Shown in pieces: positions 1 through 7,570 of a DNA stretch of 14,097 nt. Location: IMG/VR virus record IMGVR_UViG_3300045988_088018; one strand, written 5' to 3'. Source of the DNA: a virus. Positions within the stretch are counted from its first letter, which is position 1. Every line of letters begins with the position of its first letter. The position numbers and the translations under genes are program-made. The notes beneath the pieces are model-generated. The model had not been told where the DNA came from. It saw only the letters and a program-made list of their open reading frames with translations, and ran no database searches.

Positions 1-271
1 AACTCTTAATAGAGTTGTGTCTACAAATCGAACAATTCCCCACTTTCAAACATTATTGTCTGACAACTATCATAATTTTAACACAATAAAATCAGTTAAA
101 GTTCATCAATTCAACTTCTAAATCAGTTATTGTTTCAAGTTTACATACAATTTAATAAATAATCTGAAAACTAATCGAACATACCATAAATTATCAGACA
201 GCTCTCAGTACTTGCTTTAAAGCGCTAAAGTGACACTGTGTAGACAATTTAGACACAATTCACTTTAGTGA
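1..271. repeat. Left inverted terminal repeat (ITR-L), presumed replication origin
   Basis: I compared 1-271 base by base with the reverse complement of 13827-14097. There are no indels and 6 mismatches (134, 185, 200, 225, 236, 243). Positions 1-133 are identical. Homology stops at 272. Confidence 0.95.
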
Positions 272-293
272 GGTAAAGTGTATTAATAAATAA

Positions 294-318
294 AATAGAG
301 GGAATAATTCCCTCTATT
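294..318 (-). terminator. Rho-independent terminator after the last late gene
   Basis: 11-bp perfect stem (294-304 / 308-318, AAUAGAGGGAA-UUA-UUCCCUCUAUU on the minus strand). It is followed on the minus strand by UUAUUUAUUAAU and lies 17 nt downstream of the stop at 336. Confidence 0.8.
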
Positions 319-335
319 CCATTTATTGAAATTAT

Positions 336-2456
336 TTATTGTGTTACCAAATTATATTTTTTATTTATAATTAAGTTAAATTCCGGTATTGTTTGCTGAC
401 CTGCTATATACATTACAATTTCTCCATAATATGTTCCGACTCCTTTTTCAATTAGAATCGCGGTGTTATAGTTAGATACATTCGTAGCAATACTAATAAA
501 TCCATTAGAATATTTTAGGCCACGTCCTAAGTGAATATGAGAATCAAGCTCTCCGCTATATTTATTGTGGTTTACATCATATAACTGAATGCCGAATCTT
601 CCGCTAATTGTAATATAAATATTTTCGTTTAAAGTTAGATTGCCGATAACTTTATTTATAAATGCACTTGTAGTATATTTATTATTCTCATAAGTCATAC
701 CACTTGGTACGTTATCAGGCGATAAATTATAAATAAAGAAATTTTTTATTGCCTGATTAGCACTGTTTAAGAAAAAAGTTTCTCGTGATTTATCGTCAAC
801 AGTAATTCCGCTTTGCAGTATATCATAAAATGGTGACGGGCTAGAATACCAACTACGATAAAACGTATTGTCATAACACGTACTACCGATAGTTAATGAA
901 TTATCAGTTGCGCCGGCAGTTTCAACACGGCAATCATGAAAGATATTAAATGACCCCTGTTTAATATTTACATTAGTGTGTTCGAATACAAATCCATAGA
1001 AAATATTATGATTATGATGATAGTCAGCATCTGTACTTTCAATGGTAAGATTTTCACATCTTAAATTATAAAATTTATTTTCGTTCACCCATCCTTTATT
1101 GTTACCTGTTATAATAAAATTTTTAACGGTCTGCATATAAAATGCACAATATGCAGTAGACATTAAAGTAGGTTCATTTCCAAGTCCCTCAATTTTAAAT
1201 GTATCTGCATAGTTAATAAACATAGTTAATGACTTAAATCCTCGTAAAGTAATAGTACCATATACGGCATTAATTTGATACCACTGTGCAATACGCTGTG
1301 TGCTGTCATAATTTAAGTCAATATCTCCATTTATAGAACCATAGCTTAAAATATATCTAATTCTAGTTCCGACTACTTTTGTAATATTAAGTTCAAGTTC
1401 TCCCGGAATATAAACTACATATTTACTATCAGTTGCAAAATTCAAAATTGCTTGGAATTTACGGGTCATTTCAGTTGGGTCATCATTAAATCCAATAGAT
1501 TCAAGACCGTATTCATCACAACTGGTAACATCAATAAACGATGTTAATTCTCCGATAGTCGCTAAATCAATAGTTTTAGTAGGAAAATGTATTAAAGCGG
1601 ATTTAGCGGTTATATCAATATCTTTTGCATTAATGATTTTTTTACCCTTATAATTTGTTGTGTTAGTATCTTCATAAGTTTCGGTATTAGTTCCGATTAC
1701 TTTTAAATCTCTGTTTGAATTATTGACTTCATTAACAGAGCCGCCTCTATTAATAGTTGTTGTGCCGCCAACATGAATAGAATCATTTCCGTCTACATGA
1801 ATAGAATCATTTCCGTCTACATGAATAGAATCATTTCCGTCTACATCAATTTCCCTGTCTACCGCGACTTTTTCAGTACGGTTGTTTGACGTCTCTGCAA
1901 TATCTCCCGCATTAACTGTGTAATCGCCGCTTACGTTTAGAGTATCATTAATTAACTGACTGATTCTCTCTCTGCCGTAGTAATTACTAAGTAAATTTTC
2001 AATGGATGTTGAAATAATATTGCCGTTAATAATAAATCGCCCGCCAATATTAATTGACTTAGTTACTCTGTATAAATCCCCGTGATACCAGACTAAATCA
2101 TTTACTAATAAATCTTTGTTGGCTGTTTCGCTATCTTTTTCGTTATAAGCAATGCCTGTCATAATTTTATTATAAATCTTCTGATAGTCAAAAATTACCA
2201 TCCAATAATTACTATCAGATAATAAAATCCCACTCGGCACAGCATCTTTACTAATATACGCGATTCCGGTATTTTCATCTACTACAACTGTATTTGGCGC
2301 GTACTGCGTGATAATATTCCACTGTAAGGGATCTGCATAATGAATTGTTTTGTAATCAATCGCCTGTTTTAACTCATTTTCAAACTTCTTTAAAATACCG
2401 AGAATCCAGTCTTGATTGAGTTCATGAAAATTTGTATATGGATATAAGTCAAACAT
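336..2456 (-). CDS. Tail appendage / receptor-binding tailspike-like protein (gp12-position, beta-helix-like)
   Basis: It is the largest ORF and the last gene of the structural block. The C-terminal two thirds have periodic N/G/I/V-rich segments typical of right-handed beta-helix tailspikes (e.g. VKNFIITGNNKGWVNENKFYNLRCENLTIES, NIFYGFVFEHTNVNIKQG). The N-terminus has YPYTNFHELNQDWIL. I chose the start at ATG 2456 (MFDLYPYT) because GGAGG lies 6 nt upstream and the collar stop TAG is at 2467-2469. The ORF-track start at 2477 has no RBS. Confidence 0.55.
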   Translation of the reverse strand: MFDLYPYTNFHELNQDWILGILKKFENELKQAIDYKTIHYADPLQWNIITQYAPNTVVVDENTGIAYISKDAVPSGILLSDSNYWMVIFDYQKIYNKIMTGIAYNEKDSETANKDLLVNDLVWYHGDLYRVTKSINIGGRFIINGNIISTSIENLLSNYYGRERISQLINDTLNVSGDYTVNAGDIAETSNNRTEKVAVDREIDVDGNDSIHVDGNDSIHVDGNDSIHVGGTTTINRGGSVNEVNNSNRDLKVIGTNTETYEDTNTTNYKGKKIINAKDIDITAKSALIHFPTKTIDLATIGELTSFIDVTSCDEYGLESIGFNDDPTEMTRKFQAILNFATDSKYVVYIPGELELNITKVVGTRIRYILSYGSINGDIDLNYDSTQRIAQWYQINAVYGTITLRGFKSLTMFINYADTFKIEGLGNEPTLMSTAYCAFYMQTVKNFIITGNNKGWVNENKFYNLRCENLTIESTDADYHHNHNIFYGFVFEHTNVNIKQGSFNIFHDCRVETAGATDNSLTIGSTCYDNTFYRSWYSSPSPFYDILQSGITVDDKSRETFFLNSANQAIKNFFIYNLSPDNVPSGMTYENNKYTTSAFINKVIGNLTLNENIYITISGRFGIQLYDVNHNKYSGELDSHIHLGRGLKYSNGFISIATNVSNYNTAILIEKGVGTYYGEIVMYIAGQQTIPEFNLIINKKYNLVTQ
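1771..1847. repeat. Perfect 24-bp tandem repeat, 3 full copies plus a partial one, in frame inside the tail appendage gene
   Basis: The unit acatgaatagaatcatttccgtct occurs at 1771-1794, 1795-1818 and 1819-1842, then a partial acatc. It encodes DGNDSIHV x3 followed by the partial copy DG. Confidence 0.95.
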
Positions 2457-2466
2457 AAAATACCTC

Positions 2467-3126
2467 CTACCAAACACTAATTAAAAATCTTTGTCTAAAC
2501 TCATTCATGATATAATCAGAAAGATTGAATTTTACTACTTCTCGTTCTTCCCTAATCATCTGCTGAGTTGTCGTCGTTCCGATATTTCCGTGAATCCACC
2601 CGCTGTGCGTCCCGGTATTATTTCTGGTATTATCAACATTACTTTTATTTTTGAATTCACTTTCAGTCGTATTTGTATTATCACTTTTTGTATTCTGTTC
2701 GCTCGCGTCTCTGTCGCTCAACTCATCATCAAACGCGTGTACCTGTGTTTTCGAATTATCTTTAATAATACCGTCAAAAGTATTGGTACTTGTACTATCT
2801 CCTCCTGTTACCGTTTCGGTTATTTCTTTTCCTGAATCCGTGTCTGTCCAATCTTCTTGTCTATCATAGTTTTCAATAGCGTTGTATTTATATTGCGTTG
2901 TTTCTTCTAGTTTTTTCCAGTTAGGAAGTTGAATTCTACTCCACATCCCAATAGCATTTTTTAAAATTTCCGGCTGTGAGTACAGAATTTCAAGTTCTGC
3001 ATAATTTAAGCAAAGATTCTGTATAAAGTCTGTTTTATTAATTGACTCGGGTAATTGTAATTCGTCAAAAATAGAATTATCATAGTTATACATTCCTAGA
3101 ATTGACAATAGGTTTCCCCTCGACAT
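2467..3126 (-). CDS. Lower collar protein (gp11-position)
   Basis: It lies immediately downstream of the connector gene, as in phi29. The N-terminal pattern (LSILGMYNYDNSIFDELQLPESI...ILYSQPE...WSRIQLPNWKKL...YKYNAIENYDRQE) resembles collar proteins of small Gram-positive podophages as I remember them. I chose the start at ATG 3126 (MSRGNLL) with GGAGG 8 nt upstream. The ORF-track start at 3183 would overlap the connector gene by 98 nt. Confidence 0.5.
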   Translation of the reverse strand: MSRGNLLSILGMYNYDNSIFDELQLPESINKTDFIQNLCLNYAELEILYSQPEILKNAIGMWSRIQLPNWKKLEETTQYKYNAIENYDRQEDWTDTDSGKEITETVTGGDSTSTNTFDGIIKDNSKTQVHAFDDELSDRDASEQNTKSDNTNTTESEFKNKSNVDNTRNNTGTHSGWIHGNIGTTTTQQMIREEREVVKFNLSDYIMNEFRQRFLISVW

Positions 3127-4012
3127 TTGCGGCACCTCCTCTGCTTTCTTTAAATTTAAGTTTAAAACTGATATTAGTTCCAAACATTTTATTAACTCTT
3201 TTAGACGATTCTTTTAAGCTATCAGCTATCAATTTAATTTTAGTTTGCGTTTCAATGTTATTACTATTCACTTCATCATCTGTCAGTCGCTCTTTCTTTT
3301 CCGTGTTTGCGTTAGGAATACCAACGTCAGTATCAAACATTAATTTCAGTTTCTTCAAATCTTCAATTTGCTGACTTGCTATATAATTCTGTCGTAGATT
3401 CTGTGCGAAAGTATTCCACATCGGCGTACCATCTTCATTGAATAATTCTTTACCAGTAACCACACAAGCGTCGCCTGATGTAACTTTATCAATAGTTTTT
3501 TTAAATGTTTCGGCACTTGTTTTATCATCAACACCGATAACATAAGAAAGTTTTGAGTTAATAATATTAACGTCAATACCCTCAGATAACAGAGCCATTT
3601 TTTCTGCGTAAAATTGAATCAAGTCATAAATCCCGCCGAAATCAGGGAATAATTTTATTAATTCAGTATCGCGATGTATTCGCGCGTCAATCGCGTTGGG
3701 AATTAATGGATTGATAATTTGCGCTGTAGTTGGCTGATACATAACGTCAAAACCATATAAATTACAATGCTGTGGAATTACTCCAAATTTATCTGTGTTA
3801 ATAACGGCTAAAAATCCAAAATATACTAATGTATACATTGTATAATTATATGCCCATGTTTCCGGTAGTTTCACTTCCCACTGTCCGAGAAAATCATCAA
3901 TTAAATAGCGTTCAAAAAATTTAGTTAATGCTATGTTCTGCGAGTGAATTGTAGACGGATTTTTCTGTCCATTCACGGCATTAATATAGGTATAATCAAC
4001 AGGGATACCCAC
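3086..4012 (-). CDS. Head-tail connector / portal (upper collar), phi29 gp10-like
   Basis: GIPNANTEKKERLTDDEVNSNNIETQ matches the phi29 gp10 segment [26 protein letters not shown]. The length of about 308 aa is similar to gp10 (309 aa). The likely start is GTG 4012-4010, with GGGAGG 8 nt upstream and a TAGTG overlap with the upstream stop. The GTG at 4021 directly abuts the SD. Confidence 0.85.
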   Translation of the reverse strand: MGIPVDYTYINAVNGQKNPSTIHSQNIALTKFFERYLIDDFLGQWEVKLPETWAYNYTMYTLVYFGFLAVINTDKFGVIPQHCNLYGFDVMYQPTTAQIINPLIPNAIDARIHRDTELIKLFPDFGGIYDLIQFYAEKMALLSEGIDVNIINSKLSYVIGVDDKTSAETFKKTIDKVTSGDACVVTGKELFNEDGTPMWNTFAQNLRQNYIASQQIEDLKKLKLMFDTDVGIPNANTEKKERLTDDEVNSNNIETQTKIKLIADSLKESSKRVNKMFGTNISFKLKFKESRGGAANVEGKPIVNSRNV

Positions 4013-4653
4013 TATATACACCTCCCTAATTTAAACAATAACCATACCGGGATATTTAACCCAAGCGGCGGGCGGGGCGATGGTGGCGGAACAGGTTCGC
4101 CGCTCAGCACTCCCCACCAATAAAGCGCGCTACTTCTTCTAATTGGTTCAGTTTTTCTAGCATTTTCAGAGCTAGGGCGTTCATAATTATAAAGCCAAAC
4201 GCTTGCTAGGGTTTCCGGGTCTGTTTCTGATATTTTAAAATCTGCGTAACTCATCGGATATTTAGCTGTAGGATAATAGTCTGCCTTTGCATCAACAAAA
4301 ATCATCTGCGCGTATCCGTCACTAGGTAAACCAGTTTTATCACTAAAATTCGGTGCATAGCCTGTTGAATTAATTGCGAAAGGATCGTTAATATATTTTC
4401 CGCCGGGTGTAAACTGTGTGAATCCATATCCTTTATTACGCCACGGACTATCATTTTTTGATGGTACTCTATCAGATTGCCACCTCCATGGATTCATACC
4501 TCCCTCATGTGATACATTTCCAAGCAAGCCGCACACTGCATTTACAGTCCAGCCTAAACCGCCTAATACTTCATAGATTGATTTAGCATTTTCAATAGCT
4601 TCAAGACTGGTTTCTGAGTATGCCCCCGTCGGTTTAGCGTACCAATTACTCAT
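4012..4653 (-). CDS. Tail-associated peptidoglycan hydrolase (phage tail lysozyme, phi29 gp13 N-domain-like)
   Basis: The motifs LLGNVSHEGGMNPWRWQ and GYGFTQFTPG fit the phage tail lysozyme family signature (GNxxxESxxNP ... GxGxxQWT). It lies between the knob and connector genes. I chose the start at ATG 4653 (MSNWY), an ATGAGTAA overlap with the knob stop. The GTG at 4665 directly abuts the GGAGG. Confidence 0.65.
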   Translation of the reverse strand: MSNWYAKPTGAYSETSLEAIENAKSIYEVLGGLGWTVNAVCGLLGNVSHEGGMNPWRWQSDRVPSKNDSPWRNKGYGFTQFTPGGKYINDPFAINSTGYAPNFSDKTGLPSDGYAQMIFVDAKADYYPTAKYPMSYADFKISETDPETLASVWLYNYERPSSENARKTEPIRRSSALYWWGVLSGEPVPPPSPRPPLGLNIPVWLLFKLGRCI

Positions 4654-6055
4654 AATAAAAACCACCCTCCATATACGATTTTATCATTTTATTTTCGTAC
4701 GCCGTACCTGGTAGTGATACATCGGCATCTGCTACCATAATAAAGCCCGGAATTGTATTGATAACTTTTTCTTGACACAGCGGGCGTCCTCTGTGTTCTA
4801 ATGATTCAGCTACCAGCGGGAAAAACTGTGCTTGAAATCTCGGCTGAAAAGAAAAATCTGAAGTACTGCCAGTACTTCCAGAAGTTTGTAACTGCGGCTG
4901 TGATGCTTTGATACTTGATTCTATACCACTAGCAACGCTTGATATAATGCCGCCAACATTTCCAGTGGTAATCGCTTGCACTGTATTAACAGCCGACCCA
5001 ATCGCTGTACTTGCCATGCCTAAATAATCAACTGCCATCTGGGATAGCTGTAAAGGTACTGCACACATAGAATCAAGCCGTGTAATCACTGAATTTAACT
5101 GCTCGTCGGTTGATATTGTAAGAGTAGCTTTTCCGGTAATCATATCTACATGATATGATACATATAAAGTAGATTTTCCGTCTAAAAAAGTCGTATCAAT
5201 AGGCAATCCGCCCCAAGGTTTAAAATCGAGGCTGTATCTGGTATATGGTGCTAAATTAAGATAGTTGCCGCGTGTAGTGGCTTGCGGGTGTTTTGGAATT
5301 GTAATAGAATATGTTTTGTCAAAATCATAGTCAAGTAACTGGGTACACTGTACACCGTTCATTTCCCACCAACCGAATTTTAGATTTTCTACTAAAATTC
5401 CAGAACCCTTAAATTCAAACGGAAACCAGATACACGAAGTAATATATTGAAACGGGTTTATTAACGCTTTTTGTAATTCAACGGAAATTTCCCCGGCGTC
5501 GATATTTAACCAGTCAGCACTTGCCATAAGAGCGTTAGTTAATTTATTTAACTGCGATTTAGTAAAGTAATAGTAATTTACGCCACCCGAACCTTGAGAA
5601 TCAGAATTAATGATACCTAGAACATACGTTCCTTTGTTCCAAGACTGCGCCCAAGGGTTTTCTAAAAGTTGTGTATTTGTAGTAATTCCGGTAGTAGTTG
5701 GATATAAACTATCGACAATTCCGCCATCATACGTATGAGACGAACGCAAAATATACTGAGTTGATGCACCAATAAAACTTTTCCAACTAGCCAATACATC
5801 AATTTCGCAAGTAGCCCACCAAAGACCCTCATTCCACGTCCAATCACGAATAAAATAATGCCTACCATACAATCCGATTGATACATAATTATACATATAA
5901 ATATCTTGAGTTGTTTTAAAAGAGAGAACCGGGGAAATAACCCCGGAACTCTGTTTTAAATTACAAGCAAGCGTTATATTATCTTCGTTGTTATCCGGTA
6001 CTTTGGTTGAGTTTTCACGCTTATTAAATTTTCTTAAAACAACCGTAAAACTCAT
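4646..6055 (-). CDS. Tail knob / distal tail tube protein, phi29 gp9-like
   Basis: The N-terminal region NYVSIGLYGRHYFIRDWTWNEGLWWATCEIDVLASWKSF parallels phi29 gp9 [44 protein letters not shown] (shared EIDVLxxW). It lies directly after the capsid gene. AGGAGG is 6 nt before the ATG. Confidence 0.6.
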   Translation of the reverse strand: MSFTVVLRKFNKRENSTKVPDNNEDNITLACNLKQSSGVISPVLSFKTTQDIYMYNYVSIGLYGRHYFIRDWTWNEGLWWATCEIDVLASWKSFIGASTQYILRSSHTYDGGIVDSLYPTTTGITTNTQLLENPWAQSWNKGTYVLGIINSDSQGSGGVNYYYFTKSQLNKLTNALMASADWLNIDAGEISVELQKALINPFQYITSCIWFPFEFKGSGILVENLKFGWWEMNGVQCTQLLDYDFDKTYSITIPKHPQATTRGNYLNLAPYTRYSLDFKPWGGLPIDTTFLDGKSTLYVSYHVDMITGKATLTISTDEQLNSVITRLDSMCAVPLQLSQMAVDYLGMASTAIGSAVNTVQAITTGNVGGIISSVASGIESSIKASQPQLQTSGSTGSTSDFSFQPRFQAQFFPLVAESLEHRGRPLCQEKVINTIPGFIMVADADVSLPGTAYENKMIKSYMEGGFYYE

Positions 6056-6065
6056 TTATTACCTC

Positions 6066-7235
6066 CTAGTCTAAGAGTAATACAATACCATTTTCTGTTA
6101 CATCATTCCAATAACGCTGATTGAAACGATACCAGATATTTGTATATTCGCCAGCCGCGTTATATGGTGTCCGCTTAACACTTCTCCCTACTTCGGTAAT
6201 GCCGATAGCTTCTTCGTCAAAAATAACACCAAAAATATTATCGGTGCTTACCGCTTTTGGAGCGGATACTACAGCACCGTCTGCACCGATATAAGACGGT
6301 GTAACATTGATACTTCCCGGTGTTTTTGCCGACTGCCAGAAATTCACGTCCTCATGGTCGATTAATTTGTAATATCCATCGTTAAACGCATCTGTAAAAA
6401 TACTTGTTTTTGTTCTGTACTGTAACGGCGTATACATATATGCCTTCATTCTGTTATACGGAGTGTGTCGCTTAACAGCCTTTCCTGTGATATTCAGATG
6501 ATACATTTCAGTTCTTTCTGTAAGCATCGAACATAAATACTGAATTCGCGCGTATGCCCACTGAATAAATGGCTTGAAATTATCGGGATATAACACAGTA
6601 GCACTTGTTAATTTAGTACCCATCGCGGCATTGTATTCCGTAACCAGATGAATGACACTATCGTCAGCAATGTTAATTTTAGCCGCAATAAAGTTTGTAA
6701 GCGTTGCACGGTCAGCTGTTTCGCGCGCCTGTTCAAGTTTATCTGACATATTACCAAGCACCATAGACCAAAATCTTTCAAGTTCCTGCGGTGTTGTAAA
6801 AGCAACGTCTAGCTGTCGGTCAAAAATAGTTAAATAATCGCCGAAATAATCAATACCGTAAAAATTAGTCTGCAGAATTTCCGGCTTGCGAACAGTATAC
6901 TGGTCGACAGATTCGCCGTCGGTTAAATCCAGATATTTAGAATCAATCAAATCTTTGTCGATTGTCTGTAATTTTCGAATATGATTACCAAACTGCTGAT
7001 TTGTTTTTCTCAGTCCCTTGAACTTTGCTGTATACGGACGGTTTGAAAAAATCGTGTTGCTTAACACCTGTGAAATAGCACCCATTACCGGGTCGTATCC
7101 GGTTTTCAAAGTTGTCTGTGCCTGTGCAATAAAAGAACTAATATCAGTTGCCGCAATATTCGATTTTCCAGTAACCTGATTCTGCAATGTATTAAGTACG
7201 GTTGCCATTTTTGTTAAAGTCATGTCATTCGCCAT
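6066..7235 (-). CDS. Major capsid protein (phi29 gp8-like, HK97 fold expected)
   Basis: The position after a scaffold-like gene and the 389-aa size fit. The segment FDRQLDVAFTTPQELERFWSMVLGNMSDKLEQARE resembles phi29 gp8 [33 protein letters not shown], and the C-terminal W/Y-rich end is also similar. Translation is coupled to the upstream gene by a TAATG overlap. Confidence 0.65.
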   Translation of the reverse strand: MANDMTLTKMATVLNTLQNQVTGKSNIAATDISSFIAQAQTTLKTGYDPVMGAISQVLSNTIFSNRPYTAKFKGLRKTNQQFGNHIRKLQTIDKDLIDSKYLDLTDGESVDQYTVRKPEILQTNFYGIDYFGDYLTIFDRQLDVAFTTPQELERFWSMVLGNMSDKLEQARETADRATLTNFIAAKINIADDSVIHLVTEYNAAMGTKLTSATVLYPDNFKPFIQWAYARIQYLCSMLTERTEMYHLNITGKAVKRHTPYNRMKAYMYTPLQYRTKTSIFTDAFNDGYYKLIDHEDVNFWQSAKTPGSINVTPSYIGADGAVVSAPKAVSTDNIFGVIFDEEAIGITEVGRSVKRTPYNAAGEYTNIWYRFNQRYWNDVTENGIVLLLD

Positions 7236-7570
7236 TATTTATTACCCCCTTTAAAATCACTAGGAATCGGCGGCGCAATCATCTGCGCGATGATATCATC
7301 AGTTGTCTGCGGCTGTACCGTCTGAATTTGTTGCCCGATAAGATTAGTTGCCTGGATTGCTCCAGTTAAATTTTTAAGAGTCTGAATCAAATCACCACTA
7401 TTAGGCTGAACCTGTGGCTGAACCTGTGGCTGAACCTGTGGCTGAACCTGTGGCTGAACCGGCGGCTGAACCGGCGGCTGAACCGGCGGCGTATTTACAT
7501 TTCCAAGTGCTAAAATCTGCTGTGCTGTAAATCCTGCTTTTGCCAGTAATAAAATGTCGTTCTGTGTCAT
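7235..7570 (-). CDS. Putative scaffolding protein with (P-P/Q-V-Q) tetrapeptide repeats
   Basis: A small ORF immediately upstream of the capsid gene and translationally coupled to it (the gp7 position in phi29). AAGGAGG lies 10 nt upstream. The function is assigned by position only. Confidence 0.35.
   Translation of the reverse strand: MTQNDILLLAKAGFTAQQILALGNVNTPPVQPPVQPPVQPQVQPQVQPQVQPQVQPNSGDLIQTLKNLTGAIQATNLIGQQIQTVQPQTTDDIIAQMIAPPIPSDFKGGNK
7404..7487. repeat. 12-bp tandem repeat, 7 copies in two subtypes (4x ggctgaacctgt, 3x ggctgaaccggc)
   Basis: Read directly. Units start at 7404, 7416, 7428 and 7440 (the ctgt type) and at 7452, 7464 and 7476 (the cggc type). They encode PPVQ x3 then PQVQ x4 on the minus strand. 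Confidence 0.95.

Noticed and set aside
241-269. Possible inward-facing promoter inside the ITR (TAGACA-17 nt-TTTAGT)
   Set aside because: It has only a 5/6 and 4/6 match with no extended -10. In the right ITR copy the -35 degrades further, to TAAACA. This is too weak to call without transcript mapping.
2457-2477. Longer N-terminal extensions offered by the ORF track (starts at 2477, 3183, 4021 and 4665)
   Set aside because: Each extended start lacks a correctly spaced SD or directly abuts it. In each case a downstream ATG/GTG has GGAGG 6-12 nt upstream and gives a typical 1-41 nt overlap with the preceding gene.
2491-2869. Plus-strand ORFs 2491-2835 and 2651-2869
   Set aside because: They lie antisense within the well-supported lower collar gene. 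They have no RBS and low-complexity hydrophobic translations typical of the reverse frame of AT-rich coding DNA.
3102-3374. Plus-strand ORF 3102-3374 and nested minus-strand ORF 3379-3576
   Set aside because: Both lie entirely inside the connector gene, which carries a strong gp10 motif. No RBS, and the frames are shadow frames.
5662-5886. Nested minus-strand ORFs 5662-5886, 6608-6805, 10401-10604 and 11319-11504, and plus-strand ORF 6652-6837
   Set aside because: These are out-of-frame or antisense ORFs inside the knob, capsid and polymerase genes. None has SD support, and the host genes have recognisable motifs.
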